From IMG/VR virus record IMGVR_UViG_3300030095_006992, positions 1 to 44,110 of that record: a DNA stretch of 44,110 nucleotides; one strand, given 5' to 3'. The DNA comes from a virus (lineage: Duplodnaviria > Caudoviricetes). Of this stretch, positions 16,550 through 25,940 are shown piece after piece (positions within the stretch are counted from its first letter, which is position 1; each line of letters opens with the position of its first letter). The notes under the pieces were generated by a model. That model was not told where the DNA came from and did no database searches. It worked only from the letters and a program-made list of their open reading frames with translations. The position numbers and the translations under genes were made by a program.

Positions 16550-17244
16550 TGAATCTCATCACTACCACTGCGAAGTTCATCGGACCCGCTCAAACCGAGA
16601 GCGGTGTTCGTTGCATGCACCTTGAAATCCAAAACCAAGGGGCCAAGGCGCTGCCGGTCCCGATATATCTCATCCCAACCAGGGCTGCTGGTGACACCTT
16701 TGTCATTGATGCCTATGAACAAGGAACCAACCTGCTGTTCACGGGGCGGATGTATCCAGGCAAAAGCGATCACAAAATGTACATCGCTCCAACGACACCA
16801 CTTCAAACTGTCGCTGCCGATACATTGGTAAACCAAGTGCAGGCTGCTGGTGGCGTCGGCTTCATCGCTGAGCAGCGTCGCGAAGATCTTTTCAGTTGCG
16901 GAATGCTTTGCAAGGCTCCAGCGCAGAAGCTGGTGAATTTTACCTGGGATGACAGCGTCCCACTTCGGTTAGATGCATGGGGTGATGATGCAGTTCGCTT
17001 CCGTAAGTTGATCTTCAAGGGCCGGCAAATGGCCATCGGTGGGCGCCTGAAGTACGAGTCTTGGCTAGGTAAAGATGGTGAAACCCGGACGGCCTACAAG
17101 GTTCAAATTCGTGGTGGTATATACACTTTCTTCGGTAAGAACGCTCCTGAGAAAGCGGCTGCGAAGGTTGAACCCCCAGTCCGATCTGCGCAAGAGACCG
17201 TAATCCCCCAACCGGTCCCTAAGGGTGACGAAATTCCATTTTGA
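16549..17244 (+). CDS. ssb: Single-stranded DNA-binding protein, probably two OB folds
   Basis: C-terminal SSB-like ...AWGDDA...KGRQMAIGGRLKYESW.GKDGETRT; acidic tail GDEIPF; N-terminal half shows a second OB-like pattern. Confidence 0.8.
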   Translation: MNLITTTAKFIGPAQTESGVRCMHLEIQNQGAKALPVPIYLIPTRAAGDTFVIDAYEQGTNLLFTGRMYPGKSDHKMYIAPTTPLQTVAADTLVNQVQAAGGVGFIAEQRREDLFSCGMLCKAPAQKLVNFTWDDSVPLRLDAWGDDAVRFRKLIFKGRQMAIGGRLKYESWLGKDGETRTAYKVQIRGGIYTFFGKNAPEKAAAKVEPPVRSAQETVIPQPVPKGDEIPF

Positions 17245-17293
17245 TTTTATGGCGCCGAATCGAAGGCGGCGCTAGTTTCATATCACGAGGGGG

Positions 17294-17317
17294 AGCTCTG
17301 GGTAACCAGAGCTTTTT
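17294..17317 (+). terminator. Rho-independent terminator
   Basis: AGCTCTGG-GTAA-CCAGAGCT followed by TTTT. Confidence 0.65.
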
Positions 17318-17340
17318 CTCTGTACCTACCGTTGAACCTT

Positions 17341-18279
17341 ATGTCAATCCTTGACCGCTACCTGAACACTGAAAAGTATCAGGGTGTGATGCGTGAGCTT
17401 GCCATCGCACAAATCCTGAACGAGAAGAACAAGCCCGGTCTTTTCATCAAACAGAACGCCCTTGACCGTTGTGGGTTCACTGGCGAAGCTGAAGACTTCC
17501 CGAATGCGGAAGCCAACTACGAGCATGTCTTTAACACCGGAGACACCGAGAAGGGAATGTTCTTCAAAACACCCCGGATGTTGATCATCCACGGCGGTAA
17601 TCCGAAGGACACCACCTTCATCGAAAACTCGAAGAACAAAGGTGAGATCGTAGGGATTTACCCGCGAGACAACTTCCTGTATGACGATTGGGAGGAGCAG
17701 AACCCTGGTCAGCCCTGTCCTTACAAGCGTCGCCGCTTAATCCTAATGTACCTCGTAAACGAGGAAGGTGTCGCTACACACAAAAAACCGTTGATCCTTT
17801 CACTGCACGGCGGCGCATCTCGTGAGTTCGTCACTGCATATGGACGTTTCCTTGAGCAACTCGAGGGTGCTTTCAGTGACAATTACAACCTGAAGAGCGC
17901 CACGGGCTTCGATCCTAAACAAGCTGCTGCTGCCATCTTCACTCCAACCTTCGGGACCGTGATGTACGGCGAAAAACAAAAATCTGCAATTGCAGTGCCT
18001 AAAATCTGGAAAGAACCGACCGCTAAAAACCTCGAGGAGTTCTTCCCAGTGAAAGGGGACGACATCGATTACATCGAGGAAGTGCACCAAACAGTGACCA
18101 TGGAGGTCTACTGCGCCAAATTCTTCAAGCAGTGCGAGAAGGAGATTGGCATCAATGCCATCGCGCCTGGTGTTGACTTAAGCAACCTCACGCTTCCTGT
18201 TCCTGAAGGATCCGGTGGCATTCGTGCCATGCTGTCTGCTAGAGACGAGACCGGAGCTATTGAGGGTGGGCTGAAGTAA
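17341..18279 (+). CDS. DUF5895-like protein (cyanobacterial/phage, function unknown)
   Basis: TPRMLII...RRRLILMYLVNEEG..THKKPLILSLHGGAS.EF resembles DUF5895 as recalled; adjacent to ssb. Confidence 0.6.
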   Translation: MSILDRYLNTEKYQGVMRELAIAQILNEKNKPGLFIKQNALDRCGFTGEAEDFPNAEANYEHVFNTGDTEKGMFFKTPRMLIIHGGNPKDTTFIENSKNKGEIVGIYPRDNFLYDDWEEQNPGQPCPYKRRRLILMYLVNEEGVATHKKPLILSLHGGASREFVTAYGRFLEQLEGAFSDNYNLKSATGFDPKQAAAAIFTPTFGTVMYGEKQKSAIAVPKIWKEPTAKNLEEFFPVKGDDIDYIEEVHQTVTMEVYCAKFFKQCEKEIGINAIAPGVDLSNLTLPVPEGSGGIRAMLSARDETGAIEGGLK

Positions 18280-18387
18280 AATTTGTTTGGAATCTTTAAC
18301 AGATTCTCTTACATAAAGTGCGGAGACTGTGGTAGGTCTCCGACAACACATGTGGTCCAAAACTTAGAAGTGCAGGCTGTCTTAAGT

Positions 18388-18534
18388 TCAGTCATAAGCG
18401 GGGGTGAAAACCCTCGTTTTTTTCCGCAGTTTCTCAGCCTTGTTCAAGATCTCAAGCGCCTCCTCACGGGTGGTGCAGAGCTGCGCCTTGGACTGAATCT
18501 TGGCGTACTTCTTTGAGTACTTACTTGGTTTCAT
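18388..18534 (-). CDS. Small basic hypothetical protein (48 aa)
   Basis: Read manually: MKPSKYSKKYAKIQSKAQLCTTREEALEILNKAEKLRKKTRVFTPAYD; overlaps the end of the upstream gene. Confidence 0.5.
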   Translation of the reverse strand: MKPSKYSKKYAKIQSKAQLCTTREEALEILNKAEKLRKKTRVFTPAYD

Positions 18535-18778
18535 CATTTAGGAATCCCTGTAAAGCCATGGTTTCGTATTGAACGAGACGCTTACATAAACCACGAATTG
18601 CAGCTTGTCTTGCAGTGGCAATTTTCACGAGCTTCTTTGCAGCCTCACGTAACTCTTCTACGTTTGTTGCTGCATCAATCTCTTTGTGCATACGCAGCTC
18701 TAAAAACTCATCTTCCATAGTTTTTGAAATATCTAACTCCTCAAATGGGATTTCGATCACCGCAAACTCTTCAGACAT
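18521..18778 (-). CDS. Divergent NblA-like helix-loop-helix protein
   Basis: KTMEDEFLELRMHKEIDAATNVEELREAAKKLVKIATARQAAIRGL loosely parallels the NblA L(S/T)xExxF...two-helix pattern. Confidence 0.45.
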   Translation of the reverse strand: MSEEFAVIEIPFEELDISKTMEDEFLELRMHKEIDAATNVEELREAAKKLVKIATARQAAIRGLCKRLVQYETMALQGFLNDETK

Positions 18779-18913
18779 TTAGCTTTTTACATATTGATAA
18801 TTCTAACAATGGGTGCAATATGTTAAGCACAAGAGTTTAAATTGTCTTCATGAAATCTTTTCTATTGACAGACCGCAGATGGTGGCTATCATCTGAATAT
18901 CTTTTTTAACTCC

Positions 18914-19051
18914 ATGGCAGTCCTGAAGTCGTCCAACAACATCCAAACGATTGAAGCGACTCCTAAGAAAACGTCGATCGGTCATGGGCGTCGCAAGCGT
19001 GGCTCTTTTAAAATCCGAGGACAGAAGCCTTATCGCGGTCAAGGGAAGTGA
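18914..19051 (+). CDS. Small basic phage protein (YRGQG C-terminal motif)
   Basis: Read manually: MAVLKSSNNIQTIEATPKKTSIGHGRRKRGSFKIRGQKPYRGQGK. Confidence 0.65.
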   Translation: MAVLKSSNNIQTIEATPKKTSIGHGRRKRGSFKIRGQKPYRGQGK

Positions 19052-19068
19052 CTCAAGAAGGCTGCTTC

Positions 19069-19539
19069 ATGCCTCTGAAGGAAAAAGCGGTCGAGGTTCC
19101 TGCTTACATCAAATGGTTGATCAACGAAAAGCCAGATTGGCAAGAACACTTTTCGTTTCAAGCCTTCCCAATCCCGCTGGAATTCATTGACATTGAGCCT
19201 GCTCTCAAGAAATTAGATCAAGTCTGGCGGATTAGTCGGTTAGGTCTGCTCCGTATAGAAAGTATGACAGTCTACGACTGGCATGTGGATCAAGAGCGCG
19301 AGTCCTGTGTCAACCTCCTATACAGTCTCGATAACAACAGTCACACACTATTCGGAACTCAACGAGATCAGCTCAACAAGGACGTCATTGAGCTGAAGTA
19401 TGAACCAGACACTTTTTATTTGTTTAATAATCAGGTAGAGCACACCGTCATCAACCTCGACGGTCCACGCTATCTTTTCTCTCTTTATTTTGAAGAAGAG
19501 AAAAACTACCACTCCCTAAAAAAACTGATTCATGGCTGA
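19069..19539 (+). CDS. Double-stranded beta-helix (cupin / 2OG-Fe(II)-like) protein
   Basis: WHVD...YLFNNQVEHTVIN..GPRYLFS, an HxD...H metal triad. Confidence 0.7.
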   Translation: MPLKEKAVEVPAYIKWLINEKPDWQEHFSFQAFPIPLEFIDIEPALKKLDQVWRISRLGLLRIESMTVYDWHVDQERESCVNLLYSLDNNSHTLFGTQRDQLNKDVIELKYEPDTFYLFNNQVEHTVINLDGPRYLFSLYFEEEKNYHSLKKLIHG

Positions 19540-20134
19540 TCCAAAAAGTTACCAAGAGATCCTGCAAGATCAGAAAATGATCGAGGAGCTGATTGACCTT
19601 CCTAATACCGATGACGAGGAGAAGGAGGAGCTAGCCATGCTTTGGCGTGACTTAAAAAGCCGTGAAGCTTACAAGTTTGACGCGATCATCGGCGTGATCA
19701 AAGAATGCGACAACTGCATTCATCAGTTTACTAAGGAGATGGATGATCTTCGAGGTACTGTCGACTACTGGAAATCGAAGCGTCAGAATGTTATCAACAT
19801 CATTAAGGCAGCCTATCAGACTCAATTAATAAGTGCGAAACCTACTGGTCTTAGGTATCAAGCAACTATTAAAAATGTTCTACCAAAAGTTAAGGACAAC
19901 TTTGATAAGTGGAGTGAAGCTGACCGACAAAAATTTGGTATTAAAAAAACAATCGTTGTGGAAACTATTCGCGACGGTGACGTAATTAAAAAGCGAGAAG
20001 ATATATATGCAGATAAAGAAGAGTTGCGTCAAGTACTGATGGATAATCCTTCAGTGGCACCAGATGAAGCACAGCTTGTCAGGAGAGTCTCACTCTCATA
20101 TGGCTATCGTAAACGTTTGCAAAAAGGCGTGTGA
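19532..20134 (+). CDS. Siphovirus Gp157-like protein
   Basis: N-terminal coiled coil (KFDAIIGVIKE...) and C-terminal ADKEELRQVL...AQLV motif. Confidence 0.6.
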   Translation: MADPKSYQEILQDQKMIEELIDLPNTDDEEKEELAMLWRDLKSREAYKFDAIIGVIKECDNCIHQFTKEMDDLRGTVDYWKSKRQNVINIIKAAYQTQLISAKPTGLRYQATIKNVLPKVKDNFDKWSEADRQKFGIKKTIVVETIRDGDVIKKREDIYADKEELRQVLMDNPSVAPDEAQLVRRVSLSYGYRKRLQKGV

Positions 20135-20191
20135 TGCCTCTTGACCTGACCGAAATAGCCGATAACCTACGACTGTCGCACATCGAATCAG

Positions 20192-20425
20192 TTGGCGTAC
20201 CTACACTGCACAAAACTTTCAGCGGACACCTACGAGGCGAGGATTAAGGATGAGTATGACTTCGACAAAAACTTCAGAAAAAAATGGAACTTCTCCCTCG
20301 ACATCAAAGGAAGGTTCGACATTCCTGAAGACCTTCTTGGACAACTTGGTTGGAAAGATAATGATTTACTGGAGTGGTTCGAAACTAGGCCTGAAGAATT
20401 TCTTCTAGTTAAAATTGTTAAGTAA
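20192..20425 (+). CDS. AbrB/MazE-like DNA-binding protein
   Basis: GRFDIPEDLLGQLGWKDNDLLEW swapped-hairpin signature. Confidence 0.6.
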   Translation: MAYLHCTKLSADTYEARIKDEYDFDKNFRKKWNFSLDIKGRFDIPEDLLGQLGWKDNDLLEWFETRPEEFLLVKIVK

Positions 20426-20557
20426 TGAACAAAAACAAACGTCAGTCCTACCTCGACATGATCGAGGCAGCAGCTAAAACACAAGAAAAAGAACTCTCTT
20501 GGATAAGCAACCTTTACCATAAAAGGCTGATTGAACTTGAGGAACAAGTAAGTAACT

Positions 20558-20737
20558 ATGACCAATGGGTACAATCTCGAGATAAACACGCTTGAGGATG
20601 GCCGAGTGCACGTTTGTGTGACAGAAGACGGCTTCAGCACATGCGCAATAGTCAGCTCTATCCATCTGGCCCCTGATAAAGGACGGCAGCTACGTGCATC
20701 TATTCAGAGACAAGCAATCAATGCAATGTTGGAGTGA
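20558..20737 (+). CDS. Small hypothetical cyanophage protein (59 aa)
   Basis: Read manually: MTNGYNLEINTLEDGRVHVCVTEDGFSTCAIVSSIHLAPDKGRQLRASIQRQAINAMLE. Confidence 0.55.
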   Translation: MTNGYNLEINTLEDGRVHVCVTEDGFSTCAIVSSIHLAPDKGRQLRASIQRQAINAMLE

Positions 20738-20784
20738 TTCAGGATTAGGGTAATTAAGCTTGTACCGTTGTTGCACCCTCAACG

Positions 20785-21006
20785 ATGAGGCAAACTAAAA
20801 AATTTAAGTATCGCGGCGAAAAGTCGGAGATTCTTGACTCAATCATTCACGAAGGATATGAGATCAAGAGTCTTAAACACGGGAACACCGGACACATTCT
20901 CTATAAATTTCCCAGCAAAATCCATGCTTGGGAAATGTGCTGGACAATGGATCTACAGACAGCAAAGTCTGGGGTCACAAAGTACCTAGCAAAGCACAAA
21001 GAGTAA
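20785..21006 (+). CDS. Hypothetical protein
   Basis: 73-aa ORF in a co-directional run. Confidence 0.6.
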   Translation: MRQTKKFKYRGEKSEILDSIIHEGYEIKSLKHGNTGHILYKFPSKIHAWEMCWTMDLQTAKSGVTKYLAKHKE

Positions 21007-21063
21007 GAGTCCCGTAGAATCAAACCTAGATAAAATTAGGCAGTGAAAGTGGTGCGTCCGGTA

Positions 21064-21309
21064 ATGGCTGACCTCATGGATGACTTAGCAATGGGCATCC
21101 ATGAGTATCTCTTGGAGATCGCAACTAATTATGGCGGGTCGTACTTCGTATTGATCCCTGTTACTGAAGTGGTCAAAAAGTTCGGTCGTAACCACCGCAC
21201 CATCCAACGCCGGATTCAAGCCCTTAAAGATGAGGGAATTCTTGTCCCTGTCATCAAAAGGCAAACCATCACCCTTTACGAGGTCAAAGACCTGGAGGAT
21301 CAGGCATGA
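21064..21309 (+). CDS. Winged-helix DNA-binding protein
   Basis: IPVTEVVKKFGRNHRTIQRRIQALKDEGILVPV. Confidence 0.75.
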   Translation: MADLMDDLAMGIHEYLLEIATNYGGSYFVLIPVTEVVKKFGRNHRTIQRRIQALKDEGILVPVIKRQTITLYEVKDLEDQA

Positions 21310-21611
21310 CTGAACAACCGAATAGTGAAAAAAATCTGGAGATCATTAACTTTCTGCTGTCATCGTTTACCGATAATGGCAAATCTCTCCGTGCGTTCAC
21401 AACAAATCCACAAGAACAAGCCATAACCATTCTGACAGCTGGCTTGTTGGCGAACAGCAAGCTGATGATCAGCCCTGAAGATGCAATCAAATCGGCTTTT
21501 GACATTCATTCGAGGATTCAAAAACACGTAAGTAAGTTCCAATCGATGCAGTTTCAAGCTAACATCGAAGATTGCTTTCAAGAAAGGCCTCCCGAAACCG
21601 ATCACTACTGA
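21306..21611 (+). CDS. Hypothetical protein
   Basis: 101-aa ORF, ATGA-coupled, GGAGG RBS. Confidence 0.7.
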   Translation: MTEQPNSEKNLEIINFLLSSFTDNGKSLRAFTTNPQEQAITILTAGLLANSKLMISPEDAIKSAFDIHSRIQKHVSKFQSMQFQANIEDCFQERPPETDHY

Positions 21612-21663
21612 GATAGGGGCGAAGATTTAGTAGCCGTATTCTCCTCACAACTGCAACAGTGAC

Positions 21664-22476
21664 TTGTTTAATTATCGGTCTGACGGTGATACCCGCCTAA
21701 CCATTAATGGGTCGCGTCATTACAAAACACCGTATGGGGCTCTACCTTCAGTAACGACAATCCTGTCGGCCACTGGTGGAAATAAGGCTGCACTTGAGCG
21801 GTGGGCTAAGAAAAATCCAGGTGGCAGAGAGGCTGCCGCTGCTCGTGGCACGAAAGTACACTCCTTGATGGAGGAATTTTTGCTTGGAATAGAACGTGAT
21901 CCTATAATCGATGATCCTGAGATCTCGTCTTTTTGGGAGGGTCTACCCCAAAATCTTGAAAAGTTGGAGAATGTTATCTGGGCTGAGAACCCTGCAAAGC
22001 CTGGTGATTTTGGTTGGACAATGGGTGGTGACGGTATCTCACGGGTGTGGCATCCCGGTGTCAATGAAGAACAAAAATGGGGCTGGGCAGGTGCTCCTGA
22101 CATCGTGGCTGAGTACAAAGGAAAGATTGTTCTTGGTGATCTGAAAACAAGTAATGGCCCCTACTACTCGAAATGGCCTGGTCCTGAGACGCCAAAAAAT
22201 CAGTACGGCATGCAACGGGCCGGCTTTATGAAGTATCAAAAATGTCAACTACAGCTTGCCGCTTATGCCTTTGGACTCGAGCACACAGTCAACATCAAAC
22301 CTGAACTGTTCATGACCTTCGTGTCGACGCGAGAAATAGTGCAAGTTTTCGCAATCCAAGCAGGCACAATCGAGAAGTACAAACAGAAGTGGCTTGACAC
22401 AGTCGAGAAGTACTACTCAGAGATTCTCCCTGCTCAGAAAGCAGCAGAACTAGAAATGAATGCAGCAGAAGATTAG
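21664..22476 (+). CDS. PD-(D/E)XK exonuclease (RecB/Cas4/MGME1-like)
   Basis: LPSVTTIL, RGTKVH, AGAPDIV...GDLKTS, QLQLAAYA. Confidence 0.88.
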   Translation: MFNYRSDGDTRLTINGSRHYKTPYGALPSVTTILSATGGNKAALERWAKKNPGGREAAAARGTKVHSLMEEFLLGIERDPIIDDPEISSFWEGLPQNLEKLENVIWAENPAKPGDFGWTMGGDGISRVWHPGVNEEQKWGWAGAPDIVAEYKGKIVLGDLKTSNGPYYSKWPGPETPKNQYGMQRAGFMKYQKCQLQLAAYAFGLEHTVNIKPELFMTFVSTREIVQVFAIQAGTIEKYKQKWLDTVEKYYSEILPAQKAAELEMNAAED

Positions 22477-22634
22477 GACTAACTTAAAAAAAATTTTTGT
22501 CAATGCTTATGCTGACTTATTTGAATTAATGTAAACCTACACGAAAACTGGAAAACTTTCGGATAACCGGTTTTCAGAACTCTTCTGACTCGCTAACCTG
22601 TGTCCGGAGCATCCAAAACCACGGAATAGAACTA

Positions 22635-25235
22635 GTGCCCACCGCCGCTCCTGAGCAAAATCGCCCCGATCGACACACCGCTCCGGGAGAAATTAATCTT
22701 GATTTCATCCCGCAAGACTGGGCTCTGACGCCTTTGCGGGAGAAGAGAGCTTATACACCTGGCTGGACCTCTAAGCCTTTCTCAGTTGACCAAATCCGTA
22801 GTGAATTAGAAGAAGGACGTGCGACCGGAGTCGGACTTATATCCGGACAGTGGTCGAATGAAGGTGGTCTGGTTTGGGTTGATATTGATGGACCTGAAGC
22901 GATCCCAGTTCTCGAAGAGCGGGCAGGTGGACCTCTAGATGCAATATTTCCCAACACACTGACAATTTCCTCAGGAAAAGAGGGTCGCCAGCGGATGCTT
23001 TACAGCGTCCCAAACTCAAAAATTGGGCTTATCCCAGACAAGGCCACGATCAAAATCGGTGTGCCATCATTCGAGATCCTTTTTAGGTCTCGTCAAGGTG
23101 CCCTCATGGGTGCCCACCCTGAAACAGAGGGCTACTACACAACAACTCATGGTGGGTTTGAGTTCGCTAAAAACCCTCCTGAGCTGCCTGAATGGCTCTA
23201 CAACGAGATCCAAAAGGCATTCCCTATCAATAAGTATCGCAAACCTGTTACAAGCGGAATATGCACGCAAAGCATCAATCTGACGTACGAGGAAGGGTCA
23301 ACTTATCACCAGGAAGAATCTATTGCTGAGGCAAGAATCTACCTCGATCACCTCAGTATTGAACGTGCTGCAGATTATGAGGAATGGCTTGCTGTAGGCA
23401 TGTGTCTGCACCAAGTTGATGATCGCCTTATTGAAGACTGGATCACATGGTCTGAAAAAGCACCGAACTTTGAGAACGGTGTCTGCGAACAGAAATGGCG
23501 ATCTTTTGAAAGAGTCCCTGGTGGGCCAAGCCCCGAAGGTTCTCGTGGATTGCACTCTCTCAGGGCTAAGGCGAAGGAAGATGGATATATCGAACTTGGC
23601 AATTATGTCGTTGAGTCGCCAGAGACTCTCGTCAAGAAAGCACAAGAATTCTTCTCTGATAAAAGCGAACGTATGGGCGAACACGACGTAGCAGAACAAA
23701 TTCTAGAAAGCATCATTGGCTTCCCTAACAGGGGTATGCGCGAAGAAATCGAGGAGCGCAAGAAAAGTGAGCGGCGCCCCAAAAACCCCCCTAGCTCTGA
23801 ACTTGCGGAATACGCTACCGAAATGGTAATTCAGTGCGGCTGGCGCTTCGATCCGCGATACGAAGTTTTCATGTTCTACCAGAAAAATAAAGGGGTCTGG
23901 AGACGTGAAGAATATAAGCATGAGTACAAGCACTTTATCCAAGATCTGTTTGTACGAGAGCGTATTCCCCTCCCAAGTGGCTTCAACAATACCCTGCTGA
24001 ATGATGTGGTCAGCCTGACCCAGGCTTACATCAGCCACACCTATTGGGATGACGATGACGATCGTTTGGCCTTCACAAATGGTGTGCTTGAGGTCTCATC
24101 AGGAGAATTTTTAGAACATAGCCCTGAGCACTACATCACCTGGGGTCTGGACTTTGACTATGACCCTTACGCAAGTCCAGGACCAATCATTGACTGGCTT
24201 CTACGCACTCAGTACGGAGACAATGACCGTGTGCAAGTGCTTCGTGCATGGTTGAAATCCTGTCTTGTCGGTCAAGGTCACGAGATTCAAAGATTTCTCG
24301 AGCTCATTGGTCCCGGCGGAAGAGGCAAATCTACCTTCGCAAACCTCTGCTGTGCCTTGGTTGGCGCTCGTAATTACGCCAGTACAACGCTCAACCAACT
24401 TGAGCAATCCCGCTTTGAAGTTGCATCGATTAAGGGCAAACGTCTCACCTTGATCAACGACTCGGAACGTTACGGAGGATCTGCACAGATCTTCAAAGCT
24501 CTGACCGGCGGCGATAACCTTCGTTTTGAGGAAAAAAATAAAAATGTCGGCGAACCTTTTGTCTATACCGGAATGGTCATGGTCTGCGCCAATGAACCAA
24601 TCCAAACTACAGACAACACCTCTGGACTCACCCGTCGCCGCCTGACCGTAGAGTTTAATCGCTCCCTCTACAACAAAAACTCCGAAGCAAAGGAGATGAT
24701 CAAGGTCGATAACGGGATCGTAAAAGGCTTATGGAAGGATTGCATACCTGGTTTAGTGAACTGGGTTCTGCAAATGACCGATCAGGAAATGAAAGAATAC
24801 CTTTTAGATACTTATGAAAAAGCGCCTTCTTTGCGCCGTGTCCGCAATGAAATTATGCTCAACAGCAACAACTTAGTTGAGTGGCTACAATCTGAAGTAG
24901 TAGAAGGTGAAAGCGTAGTCACCCCTGTTGGTAAAAAAATACCTGCCGCTAAAGATGCACAAGAACGTTACTGTAATAGCAATTTTCATTTATATGCTAG
25001 TTATGCATCTTATTGTGAAGATACGGGTTCTAAACCTGTAGGGCAGAAACGTTTTATTACACTACTGCTTGACTGCTGCAAAAACCAACTCAGCATCACT
25101 AACGTCAGGCAATTCACAAAATTAGGTAAACCTTTTATAAAAGGTATTGCTTTGCGCAATGCTGACAATAAATTTAAGAACAACCCTACTATCCTGCCAG
25201 AAAACCTCGCCAACTCTACTAATGCACCAGGATGA
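22635..25235 (+). CDS. Primase-helicase: Prim-Pol + PriCT-2 + D5-type SF3 helicase
   Basis: VWVDIDG Prim-Pol motif; DYEEWLAVGMCL...W..WS...KWRSF PriCT-2; Walker A GPGGRGKST; FKALTGGD; RRRLTVEF. Confidence 0.92.
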   Translation: MPTAAPEQNRPDRHTAPGEINLDFIPQDWALTPLREKRAYTPGWTSKPFSVDQIRSELEEGRATGVGLISGQWSNEGGLVWVDIDGPEAIPVLEERAGGPLDAIFPNTLTISSGKEGRQRMLYSVPNSKIGLIPDKATIKIGVPSFEILFRSRQGALMGAHPETEGYYTTTHGGFEFAKNPPELPEWLYNEIQKAFPINKYRKPVTSGICTQSINLTYEEGSTYHQEESIAEARIYLDHLSIERAADYEEWLAVGMCLHQVDDRLIEDWITWSEKAPNFENGVCEQKWRSFERVPGGPSPEGSRGLHSLRAKAKEDGYIELGNYVVESPETLVKKAQEFFSDKSERMGEHDVAEQILESIIGFPNRGMREEIEERKKSERRPKNPPSSELAEYATEMVIQCGWRFDPRYEVFMFYQKNKGVWRREEYKHEYKHFIQDLFVRERIPLPSGFNNTLLNDVVSLTQAYISHTYWDDDDDRLAFTNGVLEVSSGEFLEHSPEHYITWGLDFDYDPYASPGPIIDWLLRTQYGDNDRVQVLRAWLKSCLVGQGHEIQRFLELIGPGGRGKSTFANLCCALVGARNYASTTLNQLEQSRFEVASIKGKRLTLINDSERYGGSAQIFKALTGGDNLRFEEKNKNVGEPFVYTGMVMVCANEPIQTTDNTSGLTRRRLTVEFNRSLYNKNSEAKEMIKVDNGIVKGLWKDCIPGLVNWVLQMTDQEMKEYLLDTYEKAPSLRRVRNEIMLNSNNLVEWLQSEVVEGESVVTPVGKKIPAAKDAQERYCNSNFHLYASYASYCEDTGSKPVGQKRFITLLLDCCKNQLSITNVRQFTKLGKPFIKGIALRNADNKFKNNPTILPENLANSTNAPG

Positions 25236-25389
25236 AAAGGCTAACTGGCAGAAAATTAAAGACGCTATGGAAGCAAACGGAACCACAGAAAACGATTATT
25301 ACTTACGAGCCGTTGCCATATGCAGTGACAAAAAAGACCCTGTCATGCAAATCTCTAAGCTAAATATATTTAAATCGAAGGCGGACTAA
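25222..25389 (+). CDS. Small hypothetical cyanophage protein
   Basis: NWQKIKDAMEANGTTENDYYLRAVAIC..KKDP. Confidence 0.6.
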   Translation: MHQDEKANWQKIKDAMEANGTTENDYYLRAVAICSDKKDPVMQISKLNIFKSKAD

Positions 25390-25699
25390 ATACGTTGCCG
25401 TATTTCTGTTTCAATTTGTTTATACTTTGTTGAAGAAGAATTCCTTTTGGTGTTCCACGATAGTATTCGATAACTTTTTCGGAGCGCTCCCGATCGGATG
25501 GCATATACCCAGGACTACCTGCAATTTGCATTTGTTCCATTAAAGGCTCACCTAAAGATTGTTCAGACTGATAAGAAACTGAACCCCCTGGAATATCAGT
25601 GCCTTGCTCTCCGTAAAAGCCTCTTTTCTTCATATAGCCGCTCAGAAATGAGTTGCCGTTACCATTTGCCATCACGGCTGGAAAATCATTGTCACCCAT
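25370..25699 (-). CDS. Hypothetical protein
   Basis: 109 aa; last of three tightly packed minus-strand ORFs. Confidence 0.6.
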   Translation of the reverse strand: MGDNDFPAVMANGNGNSFLSGYMKKRGFYGEQGTDIPGGSVSYQSEQSLGEPLMEQMQIAGSPGYMPSDRERSEKVIEYYRGTPKGILLQQSINKLKQKYGNVFSPPSI

Positions 25700-25701
25700 C
25701 G

Positions 25702-25938
25702 TCAGATACCTGCTCTCTGAAGATAACCTTCAAGAAAAGTCTTACCCGGCTCTTGTGAAACAGCGTTCATAGGGTTGGTTTTTTCAGCTGCCTTGATGTT
25801 GGCCTCAGCGTAAGGAGCACTGACAGCCTGGCCTTGTGTGGCATAACCACCGGGTAGCTTCTCTTGGCGACGTGGATCACCTAGTTCAGCGTTCATATCA
25901 AGACCCTGTGGGTCAAATCCTGCGGGGTTGTACATCAT
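25702..25938 (-). CDS. Hypothetical protein
   Basis: 78 aa, 2-nt spacing to neighbours. Confidence 0.65.
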   Translation of the reverse strand: MMYNPAGFDPQGLDMNAELGDPRRQEKLPGGYATQGQAVSAPYAEANIKAAEKTNPMNAVSQEPGKTFLEGYLQRAGI

Positions 25939-25940
25939 GA

